A DNA stretch of 64,000 nt from an uncultured Gammaproteobacteria bacterium (lineage in GTDB: Bacteria > Patescibacteriota > Patescibacteriia > CAZSQN01), in contig CAZSQN010000002.1 in assembly GCA_964609095.1 (NCBI GenBank), forward strand, positions 88,066-152,065, given 5' to 3'. Each line of letters starts with the position of its first letter. The stretch's first letter is position 1. Shown here in pieces: positions 9,501 to 18,742 of the stretch. The notes under the pieces were generated by a model that did not search any database, was not told the DNA's origin, and saw only the letters and a list, made by a program, of their open reading frames with translations. Both the position numbers and the translations under genes were made by a program.

Positions 9501-10514
9501 TTAAATAATAATGTGCGGATTTAACTCGTTTTTGCGAGCGGCAAGCAGAGAAACCCAAGCATCATTTTTCAAATACCAGTCAACTGTCTCGCGCAATCCT
9601 TGTTCAAATTTCTCCCGAGGATAAAGCGGGCTCCAGCCCAATTTCATAATCTTGCTTGCGTCTATGGCATAGCGCCTGTCGTGCCCGGGCCTGTCGGCAA
9701 CATTCATTGCTTTGATTTCTTTGCTCAATATATTTTTTAAAAGAGAAAAAACCTCCAAATTGCTTCGTTCATTGTCAGCGCCGATATTGTAAACCTCTCC
9801 CGGAGCGCCCTTGGCAAGCAATAATTCTATGGCGCTGCAGTGGTCAGCGACATGAATCCAATCACGCACATGCAAGCCGTCGCCGTATATCGGCACGACA
9901 TCGTCTTTAACGGCTTTAAAAATCGTCTGCGGTATGAATTTTTCCGGAAACTGATACGGACCGTAGTTATTGGAACAATGCGTAACAATTACCGGAGTCC
10001 TGAATGTCTGATAATAAGAGCGGCAGACCATATCGCCGCCGGCCTTGCAGGCCGCGTAAGGCATATTTGGAGCGAAAGCGGTTTCTTCCGTGAATTTTTT
10101 TTCATCGTCAAGGCCGAGCGTGCCGTAAACTTCATCAGTTGAAATTTGTATAAATAAAGGAACGTTGCGCTTCTTGGTTGCTTCACAAAGCACTTGCGGC
10201 CCCATGACATTCCCAAAAACAAAATCGCGGAGAGAACCGTGGATGGAACGGTCCACGTGCGTTTCGGCGGCAAAATTAACAATTGCGTCAGGCCGCAGCT
10301 GCTCCACCGCGGAAAAAACAGCTGCCTCGTCGGCAATATCTCCTTTTATAAAGGAATAACGCGGGTCGTCTTCAAAATCGCGCAAATTTTCAAGATTGCC
10401 GGCATAGGTAAGCTTGTCAAAATTCACGACAAACCAATCAACATGCTTGCCTAAAATATGTCTGATAAAATTTGAGCCGATAAACCCGGCCCCGCCGCAA
10501 ACAAGCAACTTCAT
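9501..10514 (-). CDS. rmlB: dTDP-glucose 4,6-dehydratase
   Basis: GGAGFIGSNF, DKLTYAGN, FAAETHVDRSI, STDEVYG, SNNYGPYQFPEK, DRPGHDRRY; start moved to MKLL. Confidence 0.96.
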   Translation of the reverse strand: MKLLVCGGAGFIGSNFIRHILGKHVDWFVVNFDKLTYAGNLENLRDFEDDPRYSFIKGDIADEAAVFSAVEQLRPDAIVNFAAETHVDRSIHGSLRDFVFGNVMGPQVLCEATKKRNVPLFIQISTDEVYGTLGLDDEKKFTEETAFAPNMPYAACKAGGDMVCRSYYQTFRTPVIVTHCSNNYGPYQFPEKFIPQTIFKAVKDDVVPIYGDGLHVRDWIHVADHCSAIELLLAKGAPGEVYNIGADNERSNLEVFSLLKNILSKEIKAMNVADRPGHDRRYAIDASKIMKLGWSPLYPREKFEQGLRETVDWYLKNDAWVSLLAARKNELNPHIII

Positions 10515-10515
10515 A

Positions 10516-10610
10516 CCCCGCACATAATTTATTTAATAATTAGATAAACCGTGTTTTAATCTTTCTATTTTCCCGCACACTACTCATAATAAACAAATTT
10601 ATGTGCGGGG
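10516..10610. mobile_element. miniature inverted-repeat element E3
   Basis: ccccgcacataattt ... aaatttatgtgcgggg; supplies the HIT stop codon and abuts the rmlB ATG. Confidence 0.7.
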
Positions 10611-11012
10611 TTCTTTACGAATTTTTTTAGCAATCTCCGCCAGCTCATCCTTTTCCGCGGACTGGCCGTGCCAGAGCGCGTGCCCGTCGCCGGGAAATCT
10701 CGGCATGATGTGAAAATGCAAATGAGGAACAATCTGCCCCGCGTCGCGGCCGTTATTTAAACCGAGATTAAAGGCCTCCGCGCCAACCGCTTTCAATATC
10801 TTTGGCGCCAATTTGTGAATTACCGCCATAATCGCGCAGACGTCTTCTGTTTTAGATTCCTCCAAATTCCCGGCATGATTTTTTGCGATCACCAGCGCGT
10901 GCCCGGGATTTACCGGATGAATATCCAAAAAAGCAAATACTTTGTCGTCTTCATATACTTTGTGGGCTGGAATCTCGCCGGCGATGATTTTGCAAAAAAG
11001 ACAGTCGGACAT
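10599..11012 (-). CDS. HIT family hydrolase
   Basis: CLFCKI, AFLDI.P..PGH, GQIVPHLHFHI. Confidence 0.96.
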   Translation of the reverse strand: MSDCLFCKIIAGEIPAHKVYEDDKVFAFLDIHPVNPGHALVIAKNHAGNLEESKTEDVCAIMAVIHKLAPKILKAVGAEAFNLGLNNGRDAGQIVPHLHFHIMPRFPGDGHALWHGQSAEKDELAEIAKKIRKEPRT

Positions 11013-11043
11013 AATTTCAAATTTATGATTTCAAATTTCAAAT

Positions 11044-11394
11044 TTAGTTTTTGTTGAGTTCGTAAATTATTTTGCAAACGGCGGAGCTGGCCAAAGCGGC
11101 GCCGGCAGTAATGATAATTCCGGCCTTTCCAAGATTAGCCGTCGCCTCCCAAACAAAAAATATGGTACCTGCCAAAACCGCGAGCGTCAATAGAACAGAA
11201 GCAATCGGATGCATTGTCCCGCCGTCTTTGTCGGGGGTCACAACAGAGCCGATGATAAACGCAAAAAGAAGCAAAAATAAACCGGAGAGAGAAATAAAAT
11301 TGGCGGCCGCGCCGGAACTGAACATTTCAGCGGCTCCAAATATCAGAAAAGCCGACAGAAGGCCTTTAGAAATGGCATTTAACGCGAAGCGCAT
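11044..11394 (-). CDS. small 4-TM membrane protein
   Basis: four hydrophobic segments; tightly packed in the operon. Confidence 0.65.
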   Translation of the reverse strand: MRFALNAISKGLLSAFLIFGAAEMFSSGAAANFISLSGLFLLLFAFIIGSVVTPDKDGGTMHPIASVLLTLAVLAGTIFFVWEATANLGKAGIIITAGAALASSAVCKIIYELNKN

Positions 11395-11395
11395 A

Positions 11396-12766
11396 TTATT
11401 TTCTAAAAACCGCGCTTATGTATCTTATCCTCGCGCTTCCCTGACTGGAACCACGCCCGGGAAGCGACAGAAAAAAGCGGTAGCTCCCGTCCGGCTCTCT
11501 GGCAAGTTTATTCAGATCAAATTTTGCTTCGGATGCCAGATAATCTTTTTCCTCTTTGGGGACGGCGTATTTGGCTATGATGATTCCCTCTTTTGGCGGC
11601 TCTGCCCAAGCCGCAATCTCCGGCCAGGCGGGAACAAAAAAATCTTCGGGTGAAAAAGCAAAAAAACCTGAAGTTACAAGCTCAACATCGCCTTTCTCCG
11701 GCTTAATGGAAACAATGCCGCCGGGCGCTCGCGAAAGCGCGAGCTCCGCGTATTTATCGGTGCGCTTAATTTCAAAAGAGCGTCCGGCAAAAAATATTTT
11801 TTGCCACCCTTCGCGATGCGGCGTTTTGGCTCTTAAATATCGGCCGTCGCTCCAGAGAACCGGAACGATTGTTTTCCCGCCGAAACCGACATCGTCGCCC
11901 AAAAAAATCCTGTCCTCCACGACCAGACGCGCCGCTTCCGCTTTGATATTTCTGATAAAAATATCATCACTCGCGCTAAAAACAATCTTTAACGGCCCGC
12001 TGACTCCGGAAAGGGAAACCCGTATTTCTTTTGGCGCTTCCAAAAAATTGGCATTATCGCCGCCGCTGTCTTCCGCAACAATTTTTTTAATAATCTTATC
12101 TTTTGAATAGGCCTCAATGGCAATCGGGTCTTCTCCGGCGTGCCTGTTGGCATCCTGCACCGTAAAAATTATCTCCGCTTTGCCACGAGCTTCGGGCAAG
12201 GCCCAAAAAATATGGCCGCCGCGGAGATTTGCCGGAATATCCCTCGTTCGCGCCGCGCCATTGCCCATAATTTTCCCCAACCGGAATCCCAAAGTATAAA
12301 CAGGCGCGCCGCCTTCCAGAATTTTTTCCAATTCTTGGGAGGAATTTTTATTTTTAAAAATTATAAAACCGTCTTTCTCCGTCTTTTCCCAATCAGGATT
12401 TTGGAGCATTTCGGAGTAAAGAACGCGGCTGTCAATATCAACCGCGCCGGGACCCTTTTTTGCCTCTAATCGGAAGAGCGGCGCCTCGGGCTTATCATAA
12501 GCCACCCTCATTTCTATTTCCTTAAATTCCGCCGGCGGGGCAACGACAAAGGTCACCCGCTCTCCGATGATTATAAAATCGGAAAGGTTATTGGTTTTGG
12601 CCAAAGCGTCAGGCGGTCCAAAGCCGTAGATAAACGGCGACTCTTTGCCCGGAATCCATACCGCCTTAAAAACGCCGCCGGGAACGGTATTCCAAACCCA
12701 TAACAAAAACATGGCCGCGCCGCCGAATAAAACTATGATAAAAAATCGCAATGTTCTTAACGGCAT
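11396..12766 (-). CDS. membrane-anchored hypothetical extracytoplasmic protein
   Basis: single N-terminal TM, long ORF, adjacent to GT-C-like gene; start at MPLR. Confidence 0.7.
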   Translation of the reverse strand: MPLRTLRFFIIVLFGGAAMFLLWVWNTVPGGVFKAVWIPGKESPFIYGFGPPDALAKTNNLSDFIIIGERVTFVVAPPAEFKEIEMRVAYDKPEAPLFRLEAKKGPGAVDIDSRVLYSEMLQNPDWEKTEKDGFIIFKNKNSSQELEKILEGGAPVYTLGFRLGKIMGNGAARTRDIPANLRGGHIFWALPEARGKAEIIFTVQDANRHAGEDPIAIEAYSKDKIIKKIVAEDSGGDNANFLEAPKEIRVSLSGVSGPLKIVFSASDDIFIRNIKAEAARLVVEDRIFLGDDVGFGGKTIVPVLWSDGRYLRAKTPHREGWQKIFFAGRSFEIKRTDKYAELALSRAPGGIVSIKPEKGDVELVTSGFFAFSPEDFFVPAWPEIAAWAEPPKEGIIIAKYAVPKEEKDYLASEAKFDLNKLAREPDGSYRFFLSLPGRGSSQGSARIRYISAVFRK

Positions 12767-12767
12767 A

Positions 12768-14366
12768 TTATTTTGGCGCAAGCTCGTACAATCTCTCCGC
12801 CCCGAAGCTCATTGTTTCGCGAAGCGAAAATCCGGCCTGATTGTAATTTTTGATTCTTGGGTCGTCCTCATCAAGGCGCAGGGCGTACAAATAAAGCGGC
12901 CCGATTCTGCTTAAATCCTTTAACGAGCGGATGACCGCTTCCGAACCGGTGTCCGCGACCACGCGGCGATGCGGAAAAAAAATTTTATCCGACTTGTCGG
13001 TGATAATAACGGCGTTCTCCGGAGTCGCTCCTAACACGATTTTTCTGATTGCGCCGTAGCGTCGCAATTCGCGGGAAACATACGCCAGCCCTTCGCCGGC
13101 GCCGTAAAATACGGTTCTAAACGATAAAACCGCGCCGGCCAGAAGGGCAAAAATAAGAAAAAAATTGCGCCAGCCGCGGCGGTTTATTTTTTGCGCGACT
13201 AAATCAAGAAACCACGCGCCCAAAGGAATGCCGCCGATGTAAAGAGGCAGCCAATATCTTACGGTTGAAGTGCCGATAGTTATCATCCGCGGGTCAGGCG
13301 TGTCTAAAAAATAACCGCTGCCGTAAATCAAAACCAGCGGCGCGGAAATAACGAGAAGTATGGCCGAGAGGAGCCAAAGCCCTTCCGGAGCTTGTTTTGC
13401 AAGACGCCGGCGGAGCAAAACAACCGCGCCGGCCCCGGCCGCAAAGGCATACCACCAAAAAAATAATAGGCCGTATTGCCAAATATTTCTCGCGATATGG
13501 CGAAGCGAAAATCCAAACGGAAAAAGATTAAAGCTTCCGTAACCTGCCGGGAGCAAGCTGCCGTAGAAAAAACGCGAGACAAAAACCAAAATTATTACGG
13601 ATACAAGCGCGAAACAGCCATAAACAATCCAAGACGGCTTTGAAACATGTTTTCGGTATTTCCAAAGCAAAAATGCCGCGAGCGGCAAAAGCCAGATCGC
13701 CTCAAAAGTCCGCGTAAAAATCGCGGCGGCAAAAAAACCGGCTGCCAGCGCCGCGTCCATAATTTTTCCGATTGCCGGTCCGTCCTCGGCCCGCCGCGCC
13801 GCAAACGGGCGGACAACGGCGAAAAAAAGCGCGAGAATTAAAAAATCAAGAAAAACAACGTTATGAAACAATCCTCTATTGGCGTAATACCAAAGAGCGG
13901 GATGCGTGAGGGCCAAAAGGACGGACAGCATAGCCACTCTCCGGCTGACGATTTTTTGAAGCAATCTGCCAAAAGCAATAAGAGCAGCGGCCGTAAAAAA
14001 AGGCGTGAGAAACGGCGCCGCGCGCGCTCCGATAAGCGCGGCCGGGAGCGCGTAAATAAAAATCATGCCGATAAAACTGCCGGGCACAAGCAAACCGCCG
14101 GAGACGGAAACGGAACGCGGGTGTATTAATCCGCCGGACCAGACGACGGCCGGGTCAAAAAATGCCAGCCCTTGGCCTTGGGCAAGGCGGCTGATAAAAA
14201 AAGCATTGGCCGTCTCATCCGGCGAGTTCCATATATCCGACGGAGCAAAAACAGCCAAAAAAGAATAAAGCGCGAACGCGCTCAAAAAAATTAAAAATTG
14301 AAAATTGCGCACCCGAGGCGCATCCGCCTTGGGCGGAAAAATTGAAAATTTTATTTTATGTTCCAT
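12768..14366 (-). CDS. polytopic GT-C-like (PMT/ArnT-type) glycosyltransferase
   Basis: about 12 TM segments, SPDE acidic loop after TM1, RYWLP late motif, C-terminal soluble domain. Confidence 0.6.
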   Translation of the reverse strand: MEHKIKFSIFPPKADAPRVRNFQFLIFLSAFALYSFLAVFAPSDIWNSPDETANAFFISRLAQGQGLAFFDPAVVWSGGLIHPRSVSVSGGLLVPGSFIGMIFIYALPAALIGARAAPFLTPFFTAAALIAFGRLLQKIVSRRVAMLSVLLALTHPALWYYANRGLFHNVVFLDFLILALFFAVVRPFAARRAEDGPAIGKIMDAALAAGFFAAAIFTRTFEAIWLLPLAAFLLWKYRKHVSKPSWIVYGCFALVSVIILVFVSRFFYGSLLPAGYGSFNLFPFGFSLRHIARNIWQYGLLFFWWYAFAAGAGAVVLLRRRLAKQAPEGLWLLSAILLVISAPLVLIYGSGYFLDTPDPRMITIGTSTVRYWLPLYIGGIPLGAWFLDLVAQKINRRGWRNFFLIFALLAGAVLSFRTVFYGAGEGLAYVSRELRRYGAIRKIVLGATPENAVIITDKSDKIFFPHRRVVADTGSEAVIRSLKDLSRIGPLYLYALRLDEDDPRIKNYNQAGFSLRETMSFGAERLYELAPK

Positions 14367-14928
14367 GTGAAGCAAGCGAGAGAAGGGCGAAAACAATGGC
14401 TAAAGCAAAAGTGGCAAAAGAAACATTCATAAAAAACTGAACATCGCCCCACAAGGCAAGGAGCAGCATGCTCACTCCCATCACTTCAAAAAGCATTTTG
14501 ATTTTCCCCCAGACATTGGCCGGCTGGATTATGCCTTTCTTCATGCGGAAATAACCGGCGATAATGAAAACGGACTCCAGAGCGATAATGGATAATCCAA
14601 GCCAAAAATTAATATGTTCAAAGACCACCAAAAATACCAATCCGCCGATTAAAATTTTGTCAGCCAGCGGATCGTAAACCGTGCCCCACCTCGTCACCTG
14701 CCCCCTTACGCGCGCGAGCGAGCCGTCCAGAGCGTCGGTGGCGGCGGTAAAAAGAAATACGGGCACGCCCCACCCGTAATTGCCGCTTCCGATTAAAGCA
14801 AAGACAAAAGGAGTAAGCAAAAAACGCAAAACGGTAATATGATTGGGATGAACCGTCCACGGAATCAACCGCAAAATTGTGGCGGCTAAAACCTTATCAT
14901 GAAAATACGGTTTATTGGGATCACGCAT
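14356..14928 (-). CDS. pgsA: CDP-alcohol phosphatidyltransferase (PgsA-like)
   Basis: PNHITVLR, TDALDGSLAR...T.WG...DPLADK, WGKIK. Confidence 0.88.
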   Translation of the reverse strand: MRDPNKPYFHDKVLAATILRLIPWTVHPNHITVLRFLLTPFVFALIGSGNYGWGVPVFLFTAATDALDGSLARVRGQVTRWGTVYDPLADKILIGGLVFLVVFEHINFWLGLSIIALESVFIIAGYFRMKKGIIQPANVWGKIKMLFEVMGVSMLLLALWGDVQFFMNVSFATFALAIVFALLSLASHGT

Positions 14929-14933
14929 AAATT

Positions 14934-15011
14934 TGAGCTGTTAGCTCTTAGCTTTTAGCTGTTAGAAGATTTTTATTTGCCTCTAAAAGCTATAAGCTAT
15001 AAGCTAAAAGC
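14934..15011. repeat. 7-nt periodic array with inverted arms
   Basis: ttagctN x4 ... cta(a/t)aag x4, between divergent genes. Confidence 0.8.
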
Positions 15012-15018
15012 AACTACT

Positions 15019-17181
15019 ATGCGTCTTCTTGCCAAATTAGGACTGCCTCTCCTCGCCGTCATGACGGTGATTATAGCCAATCTGCTCTTTTGGCATCAGG
15101 CGGCTATTGGCATTCCTTTTCTTGCCGGCTATGCCCTTATAATCGGTTTTTCCCTGGGCCGCAAACTTTTTCCGCGCGACGGCGCCGGAACGCAGACATT
15201 TTTAGGCGTTCTTCTGCTTATAGCCGTTTGGTCTGTTTTGGGCGCGCTTATTTTTTATTTCGGCAAATTCGGCGTTGGGGAGATAATTTTGACGCTTGCC
15301 CTACCGGCTCTGCTTTTGCCCGGCGCCAAGAGCGAACCGCGGATAAATCCGTTTCCGCCTTCCAAAATGTCTCTTCTGACTTTGTCCGCCGGCGCGGGCT
15401 TTCTCCTTTTGGAATTCGCTTCTTTTTTTATTTTAGCCAGATCGGCGACAAGCGCGGCTTTGCGCTCGCCTTGGGAGCGCGTCCCGCCGGAATTCTTTCT
15501 TATTTTTTTCCTCGCTTCGCTGGCTCTCCTGATTTTGTGTTCAGAACACCGTTTGGGGCTTGGCCGCGTCGTCCTTATCAGCGCGCACACCGCGCTTATC
15601 GCCTCCGTCGCCTTGATTGTTTTTGAAATCGGGTTTGGCTTTGACCCTTTTATTCATCGCGCCACTGAAAACTATATTCTCGGCCACGGAACAATCACCC
15701 CCAAACATTTATATTATGCCGGCGAATACGGCTTAATCGTCTTTCTTTCCCGCGGTCTTGCCGTTCCCACGGACATATTAAACAAGCTGCTGGTTCCCAT
15801 GCTCGCGGCGGTCTCTCTTCCTTATCTTACTCTGTGGGCATTTTTTACGCGCCTGCGCGAACAAGCTTCCGTCAGAGTTCTGGCGCCGCTCGCGCCATTT
15901 TTCCTTTTGATTTTTCCCTTTTCCCCGTTTATCTCCACCACGCCGCAAAGTTTGGCCAACCTTTTTTTGTTCTTTGCCGTCCTTCTCGGGTTTAGCGGCA
16001 GCAGTAACAGCCGCGGTTTTGCCGTTCCGGCTATTGCCGTCTTTACCGTTGCTTCTCTGCTCGCCCACCCAATCGGCGGCATTCCCGCGGCTATCTTTCT
16101 CGCGCTTTTTTTGATTTCAAAAATCAAACGAGGACGGATTCGCTGGCCTCTTTTAATCGCGGCCGCGGTCAGCTCATCAGCGATTATCCCGCTTACTTTT
16201 ATGGCCCTAAACGCACTGGGCGGCTCCGGCGGAGAATTCGCGCCGGGTAAATCAAGTTTGGAGCATTTGTTTGAACTGATCCGCAAAAGCGTTGGCATTA
16301 TTCCGTTCCGTTATAATTTTTTTCTTGACATGACCTACCTTTACGGATGGAACAAAGGTTTGTGGCTTATTTTAGCCGCTTTTGCCGGTTATCTGATGCT
16401 CAAAAGAAAATCCAAAGAAGCGTCAAACGCCCCTTTTATTCTCGCCTCTTTTGCCGTTTTCGTCAATTCAATCCTGACAGCTTCCATTATCTCTTTTCCG
16501 GCGCTTCCGGATTATGAACAAGCCGTCTACAGCAGCCGATTAGCCGAGATTTCTGTCCTTCTGCTGCTTCCTTTGGCCATTTCAGGAGCGCTCTGGTTTT
16601 ACAATCGCGCCAGAGAACAAAGGCACACGTTTGTGTTTGCGTTTTTATTGTTCCCGGCGCTGATTACGGCCGCTCTTTATCTTGCTTATCCGCGCACGGA
16701 TAAATATGAATCCACGCACGGATACAATACCTCTATTGCAGATATTCACGCTGTGGAGGAAATAGAAAAAGACGCCTGCGAAGCAGCCCCGTCATCAACT
16801 CCGAGGTCGCTCAGACTCGAGGAGAGCAAAGTCGAGGGGTGTCCAAAATATATTGTCTTATCCAACCAAGCCGTTGGCGCGGCCGCGCTCCAAGAATTTG
16901 GATTTATAAATTTTTATGAGACCCCTAAAGGAAAAATATACTTTTATTCCGTGCCAACCGGCGGGCCGCTTTATCCGTATTATTTAAAAATGGTCTATGA
17001 AGCGCCTTCGCGCGAGATTATGAAAGAAGCAATGAACTTAGCCGGCGTAAAACTTGGCTACATCGCCATCAACCACTATTGGACCAACGCCCGCGCCTTA
17101 ACAGAAAAATTATCAGAAATCGCGGATAAAGAAATCGTGGTGGACGGAGGAAGGGTTTATGTTTATAGGTTTAGGAAATAA
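15019..17181 (+). CDS. large polytopic membrane protein, possibly GT-C fold
   Basis: more than 14 hydrophobic segments, GFDPFIH loop, C-terminal soluble domain; start at MRLL. Confidence 0.65.
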   Translation: MRLLAKLGLPLLAVMTVIIANLLFWHQAAIGIPFLAGYALIIGFSLGRKLFPRDGAGTQTFLGVLLLIAVWSVLGALIFYFGKFGVGEIILTLALPALLLPGAKSEPRINPFPPSKMSLLTLSAGAGFLLLEFASFFILARSATSAALRSPWERVPPEFFLIFFLASLALLILCSEHRLGLGRVVLISAHTALIASVALIVFEIGFGFDPFIHRATENYILGHGTITPKHLYYAGEYGLIVFLSRGLAVPTDILNKLLVPMLAAVSLPYLTLWAFFTRLREQASVRVLAPLAPFFLLIFPFSPFISTTPQSLANLFLFFAVLLGFSGSSNSRGFAVPAIAVFTVASLLAHPIGGIPAAIFLALFLISKIKRGRIRWPLLIAAAVSSSAIIPLTFMALNALGGSGGEFAPGKSSLEHLFELIRKSVGIIPFRYNFFLDMTYLYGWNKGLWLILAAFAGYLMLKRKSKEASNAPFILASFAVFVNSILTASIISFPALPDYEQAVYSSRLAEISVLLLLPLAISGALWFYNRAREQRHTFVFAFLLFPALITAALYLAYPRTDKYESTHGYNTSIADIHAVEEIEKDACEAAPSSTPRSLRLEESKVEGCPKYIVLSNQAVGAAALQEFGFINFYETPKGKIYFYSVPTGGPLYPYYLKMVYEAPSREIMKEAMNLAGVKLGYIAINHYWTNARALTEKLSEIADKEIVVDGGRVYVYRFRK

Positions 17182-17421
17182 ACATTAATAATTCCATAGA
17201 TTTCAAAACACTATGATAATACATATTATCATAGTGTGATCCGATCGGGCCATTTTGTTATCTCAATTTTTTACTTTGATTATTCAAAGAATCAAAGTAA
17301 AATATAAAGCGTCCAACAGTAAAATTCTCTTTCTTCAATTCTGCGCTATAGCACGCAATTGAAGATAACTTATTTTTTAAAAAATAAAAACGGCCGTGAG
17401 AGACCGTTTATTTAGCAATCT

Positions 17422-17895
17422 TTACTTGCGATACCTTGTTAAATCCACTTTGACATCTGCCGGGCCAAAGGCGCGGGGCAGAAGTTTGGAAATCGGAATG
17501 AGCCGATAACTATTTGCTCCAACCAAATCAACAAGCATCACTTCATCATTATTTAGCGAAGCAAACTCAAAGAGCTTTTGCCTGCATTTGCCGCAAGGCG
17601 GAGTTGCGGACAAATTCTCGGCGCTTCTTAATCCTCCAACCACGATGATATAGCCGGGGCTATATACGCCATCCGCGACCATGGCGGCTAAAGCTGCTTC
17701 TTCAGCATGCGTGCCATCATAGTCAGCGCATTCAACATTACAACCGACAAAAATTCCATTTACTGCAAAAATAGCGCAGCCAACCAGATAGTCGGAATAT
17801 GGGGCATAAGCATTGAGACGCACTTCATTTGCTGCCAGCAGCATTCTCCACACAATCTTTCCTTCAACAGTATCAAAAGAACGATTTCTGCTCAT
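17422..17895 (-). CDS. cdd: cytidine deaminase
   Basis: AYAPYS.Y.VG, GCNVE, HAE, PCGKCRQ. Confidence 0.95.
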   Translation of the reverse strand: MSRNRSFDTVEGKIVWRMLLAANEVRLNAYAPYSDYLVGCAIFAVNGIFVGCNVECADYDGTHAEEAALAAMVADGVYSPGYIIVVGGLRSAENLSATPPCGKCRQKLFEFASLNNDEVMLVDLVGANSYRLIPISKLLPRAFGPADVKVDLTRYRK

Positions 17896-18704
17896 TACTT
17901 CTCCTTTACGGATAGCGGATATTTGCGGCTAAGCAGGAGCAGAGCAAGGAGCGCGATTCTTGCCGCGTCCTCGTCGCCAACTGCGGCAAACTCGTTGGTC
18001 TGCCTTTGGGCGTAGATGGCATCCACTGCTCCGGCCCAATATCCGCCATGGGTTGCGCACCAGACAAAAAGTGTGGCCTCTTCCATGGAGTAGAAAAGCA
18101 CTCCGCGAGCAACGAACTCTTCGTGCAGGGCCTGCAGGCGCGGAGGAACATATCCTCTATCGTCCGGCCTGACCTGACCTGGCCTGGCCTGGCCTTCGTT
18201 AAAGCAAGTGGTAGTGGCGCCGATGCCCACATAGTGCGGCAGGTTCAGTTCCTCTGCCGTGGCAACAAGCGCGGCTACCACGCGGTAGTCGGCAACTGCC
18301 GGATATTGAATTGGAGCCCAATTCTCGCTTGCGCCATCAAGCCGCACTGCTCCGGTGCAAATCACCGACTCGCCCAATTTCGGCTCTTTCCAAAGCGTGC
18401 CGCAGCTCCCAACGCGGATAAAACGTCTGGCGCCAGAGCGCACGGCCTCGGGCAAAACAATGGCCGTAGAAGCGCTGCCCATGCCGGTCGTCACCACGGA
18501 AACCGGCATTTCCGCAAAAATTCCGGTAAATGACTTCAGTCCGCGATGGTCGCCGACCTTGCGGGACAGCCGAAACATGGTTCTGGCAATCATCTCGGCC
18601 CGCTCGGGAGAGCCGACCAAAAGGCAATGGGCAGCCAAGTCGCCGGGAGAAGTTTGCAAATGATATTGCCTGCCGTCTTCGTTTACCGGCTTGTCCGCTT
18701 CCAT
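17895..18704 (-). CDS. udp: uridine phosphorylase (PNP/UDP family)
   Basis: QYHL, G.PERA, TGMG..S, IRVGSCG, AVRLDG, GQ.R, MEEATLF; start MEADK with SD AGGAGA. Confidence 0.88.
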   Translation of the reverse strand: MEADKPVNEDGRQYHLQTSPGDLAAHCLLVGSPERAEMIARTMFRLSRKVGDHRGLKSFTGIFAEMPVSVVTTGMGSASTAIVLPEAVRSGARRFIRVGSCGTLWKEPKLGESVICTGAVRLDGASENWAPIQYPAVADYRVVAALVATAEELNLPHYVGIGATTTCFNEGQARPGQVRPDDRGYVPPRLQALHEEFVARGVLFYSMEEATLFVWCATHGGYWAGAVDAIYAQRQTNEFAAVGDEDAARIALLALLLLSRKYPLSVKEK

Positions 18705-18742
18705 TTGTCTTTCTCCTTGTCCCGAGCCCGTCGAGGGGCTTT

